A stretch of DNA of 64,000 bases from Candidatus Cloacimonadales bacterium (GTDB lineage: Bacteria > Cloacimonadota > Cloacimonadia > Cloacimonadales > DAONDQ01): the NCBI GenBank assembly GCA_963662275.1, contig OY759316.1, positions 544,001 through 608,000 on the forward strand, read 5' to 3'. A program made the translations under genes and the position numbers. The notes beneath the pieces were generated by a model that was not told the DNA's origin, did not search any database, and worked only from the letters and a program-made list of their open reading frames with translations. Shown here one piece after another: positions 29,394-40,439 of this stretch; positions within the stretch are counted from its first letter, which is position 1, and every line of letters starts with the position of its first letter.

Positions 29394-30884
29394 TTATATA
29401 TTTTCTTGAGCATGAGTTGCATCATATTTCATCGCTTCTTTGAAAATTATTTCTGCTAATCCGAGAAAAGCAGCAATGAAAGCTAAATTCTGGGTGCCAG
29501 AACTAAAGAAATCTAGAGTTGTTGCATAACCAATAGAAAGACCAATCATAGCAAACATGAAAACATTAACAGCCACTCTGAATGGATTATTTCTTGTTAT
29601 CATTCGAATCAAGTTTCGGCACGTACTGATGAATTTAATGATCAGATAAAGATAAACAAATAAACCTAGTAAACCCATGATAACGAGAGTATTCAAAAAG
29701 CCAAGGTCATCATCTAATGCTCGTGTTGTTCTTGAGAATCCATAACCTACAATTGGACTTTTCGAAATTATTTCAATAATACTTTTTGCAGCATTTAATC
29801 TAGCAACTGCAGTTTCTACCTCCCCTCTTGTACTTGAACTAACAACTTTAGTTAGCCCTGAAAAACGTAGTAATACATCTTGGAAATAAGCAAAACCAAA
29901 ACCACCAATTAAAATAAATACTGAGAGCAATAGAACTATCGTAATTATTACGATTTTACTTATATTCAACACGTTTTGCATATTTTTAGTATAGGGAATA
30001 AATGGTAAAAAGTTAATAATTACGTAAGCTCGAGTTGCAGCAATGAAAGTAATCATGGTAATTGCAGCAATTGAAAGTATTAAAAAATTGCGCATTTTTT
30101 TATCTAATGTTAAACCTATTAAAGCAAGAGAAGAATACAATAAGAGTAGAGGATTTACTCCATCCCAGACAACTCCCCTGGCAAAATCAGTCCGATATTC
30201 ACCGGTGTATTTTGAGAATGTTCCTATTCTTGAACTAACTCCCGGTCCCTTATTGAAAAGTACTTCATTTAAAGTTTTGCTCATAATGACTGTAGTCAAT
30301 TGATTTCCGAGCACTAAGATTGTAGAAAAAAACAGGACTTTAAAAATAAAGTTAAAATCTGAAATATCCTTAAATGCAATAAGCACATAGAAATAGCATA
30401 TATAATACGAAAAAGAACGGAACAAATTGATCGCTAGTTTTTTGTCGATACCGGAATTAACAGCGTTTATCATTACCGTAATAAAGAGTACTAAATAGAT
30501 CATCATGAAAACACTGCCGAACATTGATTTTCTGATTATTTGATGTAATTTTAGGACTTTTATCCACATTCCTAAAGCAAGCATATCTAACAAACTTAGC
30601 GAATTACCAGCCATTGATAGAAGTGGCATTTTATCAAAATCTAACATACCATTCATGCGTGTAACAACGATCAGAAAAAGAAATAGAAGAATAAGCGGGT
30701 ATTTGGAGTTGTAACAGTATAATGCAACCGCAACATTAATGAATAATCCGATGATAGGTGGAGTATAGTAAAAACTAATATATACTAACGTAACAAGAAG
30801 AAAAAAAATAGCATCACATTCAGTGAATTTTAAGACTAATTTTGAATATAGAGAAGCCCCAGTTTTTTCTATTAATTGACTCAA
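29394..30884 (-). CDS. Wzy polymerase / O-antigen ligase-like membrane protein
   Basis: Many TMs, ATRA motif, periplasmic loop ...RL...SPIVGYGF...GLLG. Confidence 0.65.
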   Translation of the reverse strand: MSQLIEKTGASLYSKLVLKFTECDAIFFLLVTLVYISFYYTPPIIGLFINVAVALYCYNSKYPLILLFLFLIVVTRMNGMLDFDKMPLLSMAGNSLSLLDMLALGMWIKVLKLHQIIRKSMFGSVFMMIYLVLFITVMINAVNSGIDKKLAINLFRSFSYYICYFYVLIAFKDISDFNFIFKVLFFSTILVLGNQLTTVIMSKTLNEVLFNKGPGVSSRIGTFSKYTGEYRTDFARGVVWDGVNPLLLLYSSLALIGLTLDKKMRNFLILSIAAITMITFIAATRAYVIINFLPFIPYTKNMQNVLNISKIVIITIVLLLSVFILIGGFGFAYFQDVLLRFSGLTKVVSSSTRGEVETAVARLNAAKSIIEIISKSPIVGYGFSRTTRALDDDLGFLNTLVIMGLLGLFVYLYLIIKFISTCRNLIRMITRNNPFRVAVNVFMFAMIGLSIGYATTLDFFSSGTQNLAFIAAFLGLAEIIFKEAMKYDATHAQENI

Positions 30885-32377
30885 CGTTCAACTCCGGCTG
30901 AACTTATTGAAGAAACCCTGGGTTGATTAACAATTACATAATCTGTAAGATCATAAAATGGGTAATTGGTTGCAATATCATTTTTATCAAAAATCTTTCC
31001 AGGTATCAATTCTGTGTTGTTTACACCCCAGTAATTATTTGTGGTAGTTAACTTTCCTGATCCTAAAGTCCAATATTCAACTCCATAAAGGGGACAAATT
31101 AAGTTATTATTGGACATTGGAGTGTACACATAAGCTCCACCCATATGTACTCCAATATTTGATTCAATGTGATTGAAAGAAATATCAAACCGATTTTCTT
31201 GGTATATATAAATTCCAAAAGCAGAACCAATTATTGTATTATGGCTTACATCAGGATGAGAGTTGAATTCAATTCGAATCGCTTTATCGCTGTTATAGAT
31301 AAAATAATTGTTTTTAATTATTCCGGTATCAATCATTTTGACATAGAGTCCGACTTTATTGTTGAGAAAAATGTTTTTCAGAAAAGATACTTTGCTGACA
31401 GAAGACATTTCTAAAGCACTTTGTGCACTTGAAGTATTTTGAAAAATACAATTCTCTATGGATTCATTATCTAGTTGATTTGCACTAAAAGAAGAAATAG
31501 TAGAACGAAAAATCGTGTTTTTCAGGCTGCAAGGAACCTTACTAGTTAATCCGTAATCTCCGTATGTAAAGATACATCCTTCAAGCAAGTTATTAACTAC
31601 AGATGCACCTATTTCAAATGTCATCTGATAATAATTTTGAACTACTCGATTTGGCTCTTTTGCACTACTGTTTACGATCAAACTATCATTGGATGTAATA
31701 TGGATCATATTATTCAGAGTACCTTGGAAAGAAATAAGCCCATAAAAGCGTAAAGATCCTGCAGGGGTGATTCTAAGATAAGCTCCTGGTTGAACAGTTA
31801 CTGATGAACTTGGATCAAAATTCACATCTCCACTGAAAATGTAATGATGATCAGATAATAAAGTATGACTTCCAGTAACCAATCCAGTATAAGTGATTTC
31901 TTGATAAAGAGTTATGATAGCAGTTTCAGAAGCGGTGTTCAAATCATTTTCGCCTGATGAAAGTTCAATATTAGTTAAGACTTTGAATCCATAACCACTT
32001 TTGCTAATGACAACATTATATGTTCCTTCCTTCAATCCTGAAAAGGAAAAAGTTCCATCCGCATTTGTTGATGCTGATTTAATAGGAGTTTTTTCCCTAA
32101 AATCAAATTCCGTTTGCTGATTTACTTGAACTCCAAGTGCTGGATACTCTTGGTTTATTCGAACAAGGGTTGTGTCAAGTGTAGCTAGATGATAAATAGC
32201 AACGGTAGCTCCAGAGTAATCAGTTAAACCTTCAATACTGATTCTACCCGTTAAATTGCTTTTGGGAGATGTAGGAGAAGAACAACCACTTATCATTATT
32301 AATACACTGCAAAGAATGAGGCTAATCAAGGTGCACTTATGATAAAATGCTTTTATTGTAACATCATTCAGTTTCAT
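30881..32377 (-). CDS. Lipoprotein with carboxypeptidase-regulatory-like domain and right-handed beta-helix repeats
   Basis: Lipobox ISGC; TNADGTFSFSGLKEGTYNVVISKSGY; Asn-rich repeats ending NNYWG. Confidence 0.7.
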   Translation of the reverse strand: MKLNDVTIKAFYHKCTLISLILCSVLIMISGCSSPTSPKSNLTGRISIEGLTDYSGATVAIYHLATLDTTLVRINQEYPALGVQVNQQTEFDFREKTPIKSASTNADGTFSFSGLKEGTYNVVISKSGYGFKVLTNIELSSGENDLNTASETAIITLYQEITYTGLVTGSHTLLSDHHYIFSGDVNFDPSSSVTVQPGAYLRITPAGSLRFYGLISFQGTLNNMIHITSNDSLIVNSSAKEPNRVVQNYYQMTFEIGASVVNNLLEGCIFTYGDYGLTSKVPCSLKNTIFRSTISSFSANQLDNESIENCIFQNTSSAQSALEMSSVSKVSFLKNIFLNNKVGLYVKMIDTGIIKNNYFIYNSDKAIRIEFNSHPDVSHNTIIGSAFGIYIYQENRFDISFNHIESNIGVHMGGAYVYTPMSNNNLICPLYGVEYWTLGSGKLTTTNNYWGVNNTELIPGKIFDKNDIATNYPFYDLTDYVIVNQPRVSSISSAGVER

Positions 32378-32652
32378 ATACTGCTCCTTAATTTATTCAT
32401 TTGAATTTTCATATACCTAATACAAATAATCAAGCGAAATTAGCAAGAAAAAAAACATGATGCCAACTATTCTAGAAAAAAAATGTACAGAATTATTGGT
32501 TGAAATGAGATGAAGAATTTCTGAATTCAGCTTGTCCATGTGAAATCACTTGCGTATGATGAATAATATGGATTTCGTTTGGGTTTATCAACATTAGACT
32601 GTCTTATTGAACAACAAATCATGAGTCAATAATTTGGGATGTCAATTACTTG

Positions 32653-34470
32653 TTATTTATTTTGATTCATCCAATAATACATATTTACCCATTTCCATAT
32701 TTCCTTGGCTGCATGAGTCTTTCGTAATAGATGTTTCTTATAAAGAGACTGCGCTTTTGTTAAATCAATATATTCACTCAACACAGGTAATGAAAGGATT
32801 TCTGTAATTCTTGTTTTCCAAATCGGTGTTCTAAACCATTCATCCTGCGGAGTTCCAAAGCCTATCTTGTCTTGTCTAAGCCTGATTTCTTCCGGTAAAA
32901 TACCTTTCATAGCTTGACGTAAGATATGCTTTGTCATACCGTTTTTGATAATCATCTCAGATTTTGTAGCTAACGTACGTTCTACTAATCGATAGTCTAA
33001 GAATGGTACTCTGGCTTCCAAAGAAAAGTGCATCGAATTTCTATCTTCCCACTTGAGTAAGTGCTCAAGTTTAAATTCGAAATGATTGAGAAGGGCTTCT
33101 TGCAGTGACTTTGACGAATACAAGTTATCTGATACCTGATTTGTTGCAAGGTATTGAGATACAAAATCAGGATTTAGATATCCAAATTCAGAAACTCTTA
33201 GTTTGGTTCTTGATGAAGATGGAAGTAGAAAATAAATCATAGATTTAATCCCAAATACTGACTTATGTTGATTCAGATACAGTATCATCTCTTTACCTAA
33301 TTTTGCTAGATCAGCTCTTTGCAGTAATTCTTTGAAATAGAAACCAAAAAAGTAATGATATCCTGCTAGCTGTTCATCTGCACCTTGTCCATCTAAAGTT
33401 ACAACGACATGCTCCTTTGCTAACTGCATGACCTTGTACTGGGCATATGGACTTGTAGAAGCTACCGGTTCTCCTATTGCATTGATAAAATCTTCAGTTT
33501 CATCAAATAGACTTTGAGCCGTAGGCGTAGTATAGTGCATATTTGTTAATTGATGTTTGTAAAGGTTGATAAATTTTGATTCATCACCCTTTTCTCCTTG
33601 GGAATAGACTGCAGAAAAAGTATGAATATCATTTTTTCCAAATTTACTTATCAGAGTTGACACGATACTTGAAGAATCCAATCCACCGCTTAGGCATATT
33701 CCTACTGGGACATCACTTCTTAGTCGTAGATTGATTGAAGATGTAAAAACATCAAGATATTCTTCAGGGTTCATAAAAGGTTTTGTAATACTCATCTTCA
33801 AATTGTACCATTGCTTCAGGACTAATCCGTCACAATCGAGGTAAAACTTATACCCATGAGGGATTTTACGGATCTGTTGGTAAAATGTATTCTCTGTCTG
33901 ATCAGTACGGTTGAAAACCAGATAATCAAGCATGGTTTGTTTATTTATAGATAATTCACTTTTATCCAGCCCAACAATCGCATTGATATCAGAAGCATAA
34001 ACGAAACTTTGTTTATTATATAAATAATAAAATGGCTTTACTCCAAATCTATCTCTTGCACCAAAAAGCTTGTTCTCAATCTTGTCGTAAATTACAAAAG
34101 CCCACATTCCATTAAAGCGATCAAGGCATGCATCTCCCCATTGTAAATAACTCTTCAGTAGAACTTCTGTGTCAGTATTTGTCTTGAAAACATGTCCCAA
34201 GGATTTGAGGTCTTCACGCAATTCGATATAGTTGTATAACTCTCCGTTAAAAGTAAGAATATACCTGCTATCTTCCGAAATCATTGGTTGATGTCCTGCC
34301 TGGCTTAGATCAATAATACTAAGTCTGACAAATCCCAAGCCAACGTTCTTGTTAATATATAGCCCTTCATCATCTGGACCTCGATGCTTCATAGCATGCA
34401 TCATGAATCTAATTTTCTCCTCCGCAACCGGTTTATTCTCCAGATTGTATATTCCGCATATGCCACACAT
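32653..34470 (-). CDS. asnB: Glutamine-hydrolysing asparagine synthase-family amidotransferase (WbpS/WbqG-like)
   Basis: MCGICG, HRGPD, RLSIIDL, FNGELYN, RDRFGVKP, LSGGLDSS, GQGADE, EARVPFLD. Confidence 0.9.
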   Translation of the reverse strand: MCGICGIYNLENKPVAEEKIRFMMHAMKHRGPDDEGLYINKNVGLGFVRLSIIDLSQAGHQPMISEDSRYILTFNGELYNYIELREDLKSLGHVFKTNTDTEVLLKSYLQWGDACLDRFNGMWAFVIYDKIENKLFGARDRFGVKPFYYLYNKQSFVYASDINAIVGLDKSELSINKQTMLDYLVFNRTDQTENTFYQQIRKIPHGYKFYLDCDGLVLKQWYNLKMSITKPFMNPEEYLDVFTSSINLRLRSDVPVGICLSGGLDSSSIVSTLISKFGKNDIHTFSAVYSQGEKGDESKFINLYKHQLTNMHYTTPTAQSLFDETEDFINAIGEPVASTSPYAQYKVMQLAKEHVVVTLDGQGADEQLAGYHYFFGFYFKELLQRADLAKLGKEMILYLNQHKSVFGIKSMIYFLLPSSSRTKLRVSEFGYLNPDFVSQYLATNQVSDNLYSSKSLQEALLNHFEFKLEHLLKWEDRNSMHFSLEARVPFLDYRLVERTLATKSEMIIKNGMTKHILRQAMKGILPEEIRLRQDKIGFGTPQDEWFRTPIWKTRITEILSLPVLSEYIDLTKAQSLYKKHLLRKTHAAKEIWKWVNMYYWMNQNK

Positions 34471-34471
34471 A

Positions 34472-35413
34472 TTATACCGTTCCTCTTTTTAGTACAGATT
34501 TGTAGAGTGTTATGATTTTTTTTGCTACTGATTCTGAATCAAGTCCAAGCTGGATTAGTCTTTCACGTCCATGAGTTCTTGTACCATATTGTAATGCAAG
34601 ATCAATCTTACGTGCAAATTCTACAGGATCATGGGATGAAATGAAATAACCCTCTTCATTACCAACCAACCAACTGACATCACCAACATTTGTAGAAACT
34701 ACAGGGCAATTACAAGCCATAGCTTCTTTGATAATTTGGGGAGAGCCTTCTGAAAAGGATGTCATGATAACTAAATCAACAAGGTTCAGCAACAAATTAA
34801 CTTCAGAACGATTCAGTCCTTTTAACTCTATCAGGTTTATATCATAGTTTTCCTTAAGCAAATTGACTGCCTGGAAAGCAAGGGGAGCATTTTTTACAGG
34901 TATCTGAAAATCCGAACAAAAAAGAATATTCACTTTTCCAGATACAATCAAAGGATTATCTGGTAACACATAATTCGTCATGGGACAGAAAGTATCAATA
35001 TCAATACCGCATGGTATCACTGTCGTTTTTTGCTTAGGTACTAATGCTGCCATTTTGTCACTGACAACAATACTTATCGCTAATTTAGGTATGACAACTT
35101 TATCCGCAACAAATCGAAAAGAAGGGCGATTTAAATCACACCCGTGAAAAGTACCGATTTTGATAATCTTGGATTGAAACAGGCAAACGAGGATGGACCA
35201 GATAAAATGACCATGTAAAATATCATAATCATGACGTTTCAAGTATTTTCTCAAACGAAAGATATTTTTTAAGTATCCACGGATTCCTTTACCATTGATC
35301 AGAAAGTTATCCACATGAATCCCTTGTTTTCTTAAAGCATCTCCCTGTTCTTTGACAAAGGGGGATATGCCATATGAAGAATTTCCACTACTTACTAATA
35401 GCACCTTTAACAT
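34472..35413 (-). CDS. Glycosyltransferase family 4
   Basis: FHGCD, IPCGID, SEGSPQIIKEAMACNCPVVSTNVGD; start trimmed to MLKVLLV to remove overlap. Confidence 0.88.
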   Translation of the reverse strand: MLKVLLVSSGNSSYGISPFVKEQGDALRKQGIHVDNFLINGKGIRGYLKNIFRLRKYLKRHDYDILHGHFIWSILVCLFQSKIIKIGTFHGCDLNRPSFRFVADKVVIPKLAISIVVSDKMAALVPKQKTTVIPCGIDIDTFCPMTNYVLPDNPLIVSGKVNILFCSDFQIPVKNAPLAFQAVNLLKENYDINLIELKGLNRSEVNLLLNLVDLVIMTSFSEGSPQIIKEAMACNCPVVSTNVGDVSWLVGNEEGYFISSHDPVEFARKIDLALQYGTRTHGRERLIQLGLDSESVAKKIITLYKSVLKRGTV

Positions 35414-35438
35414 TTTTTTCTTATCTGAGTTCTCAACC

Positions 35439-36197
35439 TTATTGCGCAGAATATCCACCATCGATAACCAAATTAGAGCCTGTAATCCAACGTGACCGAT
35501 TGGAAAGAAAAAAAACTGCTGCATCGGCAATATCTTCAGGAAGACCTAGACCAAGAGGATGTCGACTAATGATATCATCTACAGACTCTTTGGATAGATT
35601 CGAAAAAAGATTCTGTACCAATTCTGTTTGTACAATTGCTGGTGAAATGCAGTTTACCCGAATTCTTTTTGTAGCGTATTCCAAAGCAAGTGCTTTTACA
35701 CCGGATATTAAAGCTCCCTTGCTGCTGCAATAGGCAACTTTTCCCGGTTCTCCTAATAAGCCCATGACAGAAGATATAAAAACGAGACTTACCCCATCTG
35801 GCTGCATGTTTTTCTTTTTAATTATCTGTTTTGAAAGTTCAAAACCTGCTACAACATTAAGCGAATAAATTTTTTCATAATCAATTGGATCCGTCATTGG
35901 AAAAGGCTTAGTCATTTCTGTTCCGGCTGAATGGATAAAACCAGAAATTCTCCCTACTTCTTTTACAGCATTTTCAATTATTTCTGGAATCAATTCGTAA
36001 TTCGTAATATCAACTGAGTAGTTTCGATTGTTTATACCTTTTAACAACTGCATAGTATCGTTTAATCTCTTCTGATCTCTTCCGAGAAGGATTAAATTAG
36101 CTCCGAGATTACTGCAACTGATAGCACATGCTCTTCCAATTCCAGATGAAGCACCAGAAATTACGATGGTTTGGGATGATAAGTCGATAAATTTCAT
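35439..36197 (-). CDS. FabG-like short-chain dehydrogenase/ketoreductase
   Basis: SGASSGIG, HSAG, YCSSK, IRVNCISP, WITGSNLVIDGG. Confidence 0.87.
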   Translation of the reverse strand: MKFIDLSSQTIVISGASSGIGRACAISCSNLGANLILLGRDQKRLNDTMQLLKGINNRNYSVDITNYELIPEIIENAVKEVGRISGFIHSAGTEMTKPFPMTDPIDYEKIYSLNVVAGFELSKQIIKKKNMQPDGVSLVFISSVMGLLGEPGKVAYCSSKGALISGVKALALEYATKRIRVNCISPAIVQTELVQNLFSNLSKESVDDIISRHPLGLGLPEDIADAAVFFLSNRSRWITGSNLVIDGGYSAQ

Positions 36198-36462
36198 AGC
36201 TGCTTAACCCTTGAATGCATATTCTTATAGAAATCCATAAAATTCCTTTATTTTCGATAATTATTATAAAATTGCATCTATATAATTTATTCGGAATATG
36301 TCCAGATATTTCATTTTTTGAACTATTTCAAGACTACTGTATTCGTTTCTGCTTATCCTCTTAGATCAAGTAGGATGAATTCCAACTCTTAAGCAAAATA
36401 GTTCTTGTTATTTCTCTCTATTTGTGATTTCTAATCTCGTAAATAGCAGGTGTCTTCATTTA

Positions 36463-36517
36463 TAATGTAGGGATAATCTAGGGATAATCTAGACTTTGTT
36501 ATGTTATCTTTAGTTTA
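36463..36517. repeat. 11-bp tandem repeat x3 with degenerate inverted arm, related to 9458 element
   Basis: TAATGTAGGGA/TAATCTAGGGA/TAATCTAGACT then TATGTTATCTTTAGTTTA (13/18 to the inverted unit). Confidence 0.75.
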
Positions 36518-36692
36518 TTGTCCTTTTGTAATTTTGTAATCCGAACTTTTTGATTTATGAGGTATCAAAGGATAAATCGATCATATCTGTGAGAGAAAAT
36601 ATCCAAAAAAGATGAAAATCATTGACATCAATTTAAGATAGCAACAATTCGTCTTTAAAAACACATAGAAGTGTTGAATTGGAGATAGAGCT

Positions 36693-37694
36693 ATGCCAGG
36701 ATGTAAAATATCAATGATTGAGACATATTTTCCCAAAAAAACTGTCACGAATGAAGATTTGTCACAAGAGTTTCCCGATTGGTCACCTCAGAAAATTGAA
36801 AAAAAAATTGGTATCGCAGAAAGACATGTCACTATTGAAAACGAAACTGCTGTGGATCTTGCTCGAGAAGCCTGTCAAAAGTTATTTCTGATAGAAGATA
36901 AATCAAAAATAGATTTCTTGCTTCTTTGCACTCAAAGTCCTGATTATCTGCTTCCTACTTCAGCATGCATTCTTCAGGATCAATTGGGACTTCCAACGAC
37001 AATAGGTGCATTGGATTTTAATCTTGGCTGTTCAGGGTTTGTTTATGGTTTAGCTCTTGCCAAGGGCTTGATCAGCGCTAATATTGCAAAAAATGTTCTT
37101 CTCATAACATCAGAAACTTATTCAAAACACATACATCCTCAAGATAGAGGAAATCGAAGCATCTTCGGAGATGGGGCAGCAGCATGCATTGTATTTGATT
37201 CTGATGATAACGGGATTTTTGATTTTGAACTAGGTACTGATGGGAGAGGATGGGAAAATTTAATTATCCGCAATAAAGGAATGAGAAATTCTTCCATAAA
37301 TAACTCAGAAGATTGGATTGATGAATCGGGATCAATTCGAAATGACAATAATCTGTATATGAATGGTCCAGAAATCTTCAATTTTACTATTGAAGCTGTT
37401 CCTAAATTAATTGAAGAAGTATTGAAAAAGAATAAAGTTGCACTTGCTGATGTGGATTATTTTATTTTCCATCAGGCAAATCAATACATGCTGAATTATC
37501 TCAGAGATATCATTGGAATACCTGAGAGTAAGTTTTATTTAAATATGATGAATACAGGTAACACTGTTTCAGCAACGATTCCTATTGCCTTGAAGGACGC
37601 ATTGGAAAAGATGTTAATAAAAAAAGGTGATAGGGTACTTTTAGCTGGTTTCGGTGTTGGTTATTCGTATGGTTCAACCATAATTACAATATAG
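36693..37694 (+). CDS. Ketoacyl-ACP synthase III family protein (glycan-cluster type)
   Basis: TQSPDYLLP, LGCSGF (Cys), FGDGAAA, FHQAN (His), GNTVS (Asn), GFGVG. Confidence 0.88.
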   Translation: MPGCKISMIETYFPKKTVTNEDLSQEFPDWSPQKIEKKIGIAERHVTIENETAVDLAREACQKLFLIEDKSKIDFLLLCTQSPDYLLPTSACILQDQLGLPTTIGALDFNLGCSGFVYGLALAKGLISANIAKNVLLITSETYSKHIHPQDRGNRSIFGDGAAACIVFDSDDNGIFDFELGTDGRGWENLIIRNKGMRNSSINNSEDWIDESGSIRNDNNLYMNGPEIFNFTIEAVPKLIEEVLKKNKVALADVDYFIFHQANQYMLNYLRDIIGIPESKFYLNMMNTGNTVSATIPIALKDALEKMLIKKGDRVLLAGFGVGYSYGSTIITI

Positions 37695-37708
37695 ATTGAG
37701 GAGATAAA

Positions 37709-37939
37709 ATGGTTATCAATCAGTTTCTTAATGATCTTAAAGATCTACTTGAATTGTCTGAAGATATCGATCTGAATACAGATCTCAAATCACTTGATGA
37801 ATTTGACTCTATGGCTATTATGTCTTTAGTTGCATTCTTACATAAAAAATTTGGAAAGCAATTCAATGCAAGGCAACTGAATAATATTACTACTGTACAG
37901 TCTTTAGTTGACCTAATAGGAAATGATAGTTTTAATTAG
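37709..37939 (+). CDS. Acyl carrier protein
   Basis: 76 aa acidic, FDSMAIM phosphopantetheine site, TTVQSL; GAGGAG RBS. Confidence 0.88.
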   Translation: MVINQFLNDLKDLLELSEDIDLNTDLKSLDEFDSMAIMSLVAFLHKKFGKQFNARQLNNITTVQSLVDLIGNDSFN

Positions 37940-38022
37940 ATAAAAGAGAATATGCTAAAATGATTCGAGTTACCATAGGAAAAAATGGAAAATTGTTTGT
38001 GTGCGGATAAAAGGCTGAATTT

Positions 38023-39426
38023 ATGTTTCTAAGTTGGCCATATTTCCCAATATTAATTTTTTCGGCAATTATTTACTGGGCACTTCCGAAACAAAGAAAT
38101 CGAAATCTATTTCTGACAGCAGTGAGTTTAGCATTCATCTATTGGTTTGATAAAAATGCTGTTATTGTCGTCATCGGTTTAACTCTATTTACCTTTTTAA
38201 TTGCTTGGTGGATCGAAAAAAGCCAAGGTGGAAAACTTGCACATACGATAGGTATTGTAGGTTTACTACTTGTTCTTGCCATATTTAAGTATTTGGGATT
38301 TTTATCGGGGACTTTAAACAGTCTATTTAGCTTTGTACATCAACTTCCAGTTTTTCAATTTGAGAAATTATTTCTTCCGTTGGGTATTTCATACATTACA
38401 TTTAAATACATAAGTTATTTAACAGATATACAATGGGGGCTTTTCAAAAAAGGTAACTTTCTTGATTTACTTTGCTATGGAAGTTTGTTTACAATTTTCG
38501 CGGCAGGTCCTATTGAACGTTTTGATCGCATGAAACCTCAATTCGAATCTGATAAAATTGTCTTTAAATTGAATTACGTTGAAGTTGCTTTTGAAAGGAT
38601 TATCTTTGGTCTTTTTCAGAAACAAATATTAGCTGATCGTTTGGCTGAGTATACATTGCAATTCTGGTATTATCCAACAACGTATACTCTAGTATCTCAG
38701 ATAATAGTGCTATTTGGATATGCACTCCAAATGTATTTAGATTTTTCCGGTTATAGTAGTATAGCAATCGGTTCATCTAGATTGTTTGGATTGACAATTA
38801 TGGAGAACTTCAATAATCCTTATTTGGCATCTAATATTAGTCAATTCTGGAGGCGATGGCACATTTCCTTGTCAGAGTGGATTCGTGATTATATATTCTT
38901 CCCTCTGTATCAATACAAATCATATAGTTTTTGGCTTTTCGTATGTGTTCCGATTATTGCAATGGCTTTATGTGGGCTTTGGCATGGAGCATCCTGGAAT
39001 TATGTACTTTGGGGTATTTGGCATGGAGTAGGAATAGCTATTTATCATTATTGGAATAAGTACAAGAAGAAACATAAAAAGTTTGAATTAGCTCTAAATA
39101 CTCCAATAATTTCCCGAACGGCTATTCTTGTTACATTTTTCTATGTTTCGTTGGGGGGGATTATTTTTCGTACAACAAATCTCGGTCATTTAACAAATTT
39201 ATTTTTTCACCATGGCGAGCAAGAATTAAGTATTCGAGGCAAAGCACTTATATTAGTTTTGCTGCTATGCATATTCCTTGTACCCAATTATCATAAGATA
39301 TTACAGAAAATCTCGATGAAAAGATATTACCCATATGTGAAATGGTTTGTGTTATTTGTTATCATTGAATCTATCTTCTTTTTATCACCAGCCACTTCTG
39401 CGCTTTTTATTTATGCAGGATTCTGA
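38023..39426 (+). CDS. MBOAT acyltransferase (AlgI/DltB family) with fused C-terminal FIYAGF motif
   Basis: PLGISYITF, AGPIER, DFSGYS, ENFNNPY, FWRRWHISLS, GLWHGA; ends ALFIYAGF. Confidence 0.92.
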   Translation: MFLSWPYFPILIFSAIIYWALPKQRNRNLFLTAVSLAFIYWFDKNAVIVVIGLTLFTFLIAWWIEKSQGGKLAHTIGIVGLLLVLAIFKYLGFLSGTLNSLFSFVHQLPVFQFEKLFLPLGISYITFKYISYLTDIQWGLFKKGNFLDLLCYGSLFTIFAAGPIERFDRMKPQFESDKIVFKLNYVEVAFERIIFGLFQKQILADRLAEYTLQFWYYPTTYTLVSQIIVLFGYALQMYLDFSGYSSIAIGSSRLFGLTIMENFNNPYLASNISQFWRRWHISLSEWIRDYIFFPLYQYKSYSFWLFVCVPIIAMALCGLWHGASWNYVLWGIWHGVGIAIYHYWNKYKKKHKKFELALNTPIISRTAILVTFFYVSLGGIIFRTTNLGHLTNLFFHHGEQELSIRGKALILVLLLCIFLVPNYHKILQKISMKRYYPYVKWFVLFVIIESIFFLSPATSALFIYAGF

Positions 39427-40346
39427 TGAAAAAGCTCATTATTTACATTCTTTTCATCCCTTGCATTATCACCATGAATAATCTAGTTAATCTGACTATC
39501 AGTAATAACTTCGCTGAGGATGTATTTACGAATGAATATCCATATCAATGGGTGGAAAAATTACATGTAAAACCTAAGATAGTTCTTGTGGGTAGCTGTA
39601 CAACTCAAACTGGCTATTCTGCAAAAGAGCTACAGAAATTATTAGGATTACGAGATGGAGAAGTGATTAATCTTGCCACCGCTCCTAGTAGTCCAGAAAT
39701 TACGTACTTTATTGTGAAGAAGTATATTGATAAATTTGATGATAACGCATTAATATTGTATGGTTTTGACCCAGAAATTCTTAGTGAAGTTTATTATCAT
39801 TATTTGAATATTTTATTATCGCACTGGTCATTAAGGGAAAGAATTAGTTATATCTCATCACATAACACTGATTTTCCAACAACTATGAATATTGTTAATG
39901 GGGGGAATGTTTTCATGAATATCGAGGACATTTTTGTTACTAACAGTAAGGATACCAAAGGGGATGATTATGGAAGTACTAAGTATTTAAGAGGATTAGA
40001 TCCAACTATACCTGTCGAGCAATCTTTTTGTCTTTCTACATTTCATATTTCTCAGCGTTTTTTACAGAATTTCGCAAAACTAGATAATCTTGTATATCAA
40101 AAACACAGAAAAATGATCGTCTATTATCCAGCGTATTCAAATCGCTTTATGAAGCAATATATTGAATTAAATTATCATAACAATATTCAGACTCAATTAC
40201 ATAAAGTCATAAAGTATAGCCGGTTTGAAGACCAGTTAACAACACACCCAGATTCATGCTATCTTGATTTGATTCACATTTCACTAAAAGGAAAGAAAAC
40301 AAATCTACCAAGAATCCTCAGGTTAATACAGAAATCAGGAAACTGA
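39426..40346 (+). CDS. Membrane-anchored SGNH-like (DltD/AlgJ-position) protein
   Basis: N-terminal TM, VLVGSCTT block I, VINLA, C-terminal DLIH; TGATG coupling to MBOAT. Confidence 0.6.
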   Translation: MKKLIIYILFIPCIITMNNLVNLTISNNFAEDVFTNEYPYQWVEKLHVKPKIVLVGSCTTQTGYSAKELQKLLGLRDGEVINLATAPSSPEITYFIVKKYIDKFDDNALILYGFDPEILSEVYYHYLNILLSHWSLRERISYISSHNTDFPTTMNIVNGGNVFMNIEDIFVTNSKDTKGDDYGSTKYLRGLDPTIPVEQSFCLSTFHISQRFLQNFAKLDNLVYQKHRKMIVYYPAYSNRFMKQYIELNYHNNIQTQLHKVIKYSRFEDQLTTHPDSCYLDLIHISLKGKKTNLPRILRLIQKSGN

Positions 40347-40439
40347 TATTAATATGAAAAAGAGCATTCCAATTGAATTCATGATCCTAATAACAATCAA
40401 GATGAATCAGTGGTTAGCAGTGGCTCGGAAATTTAAGTT

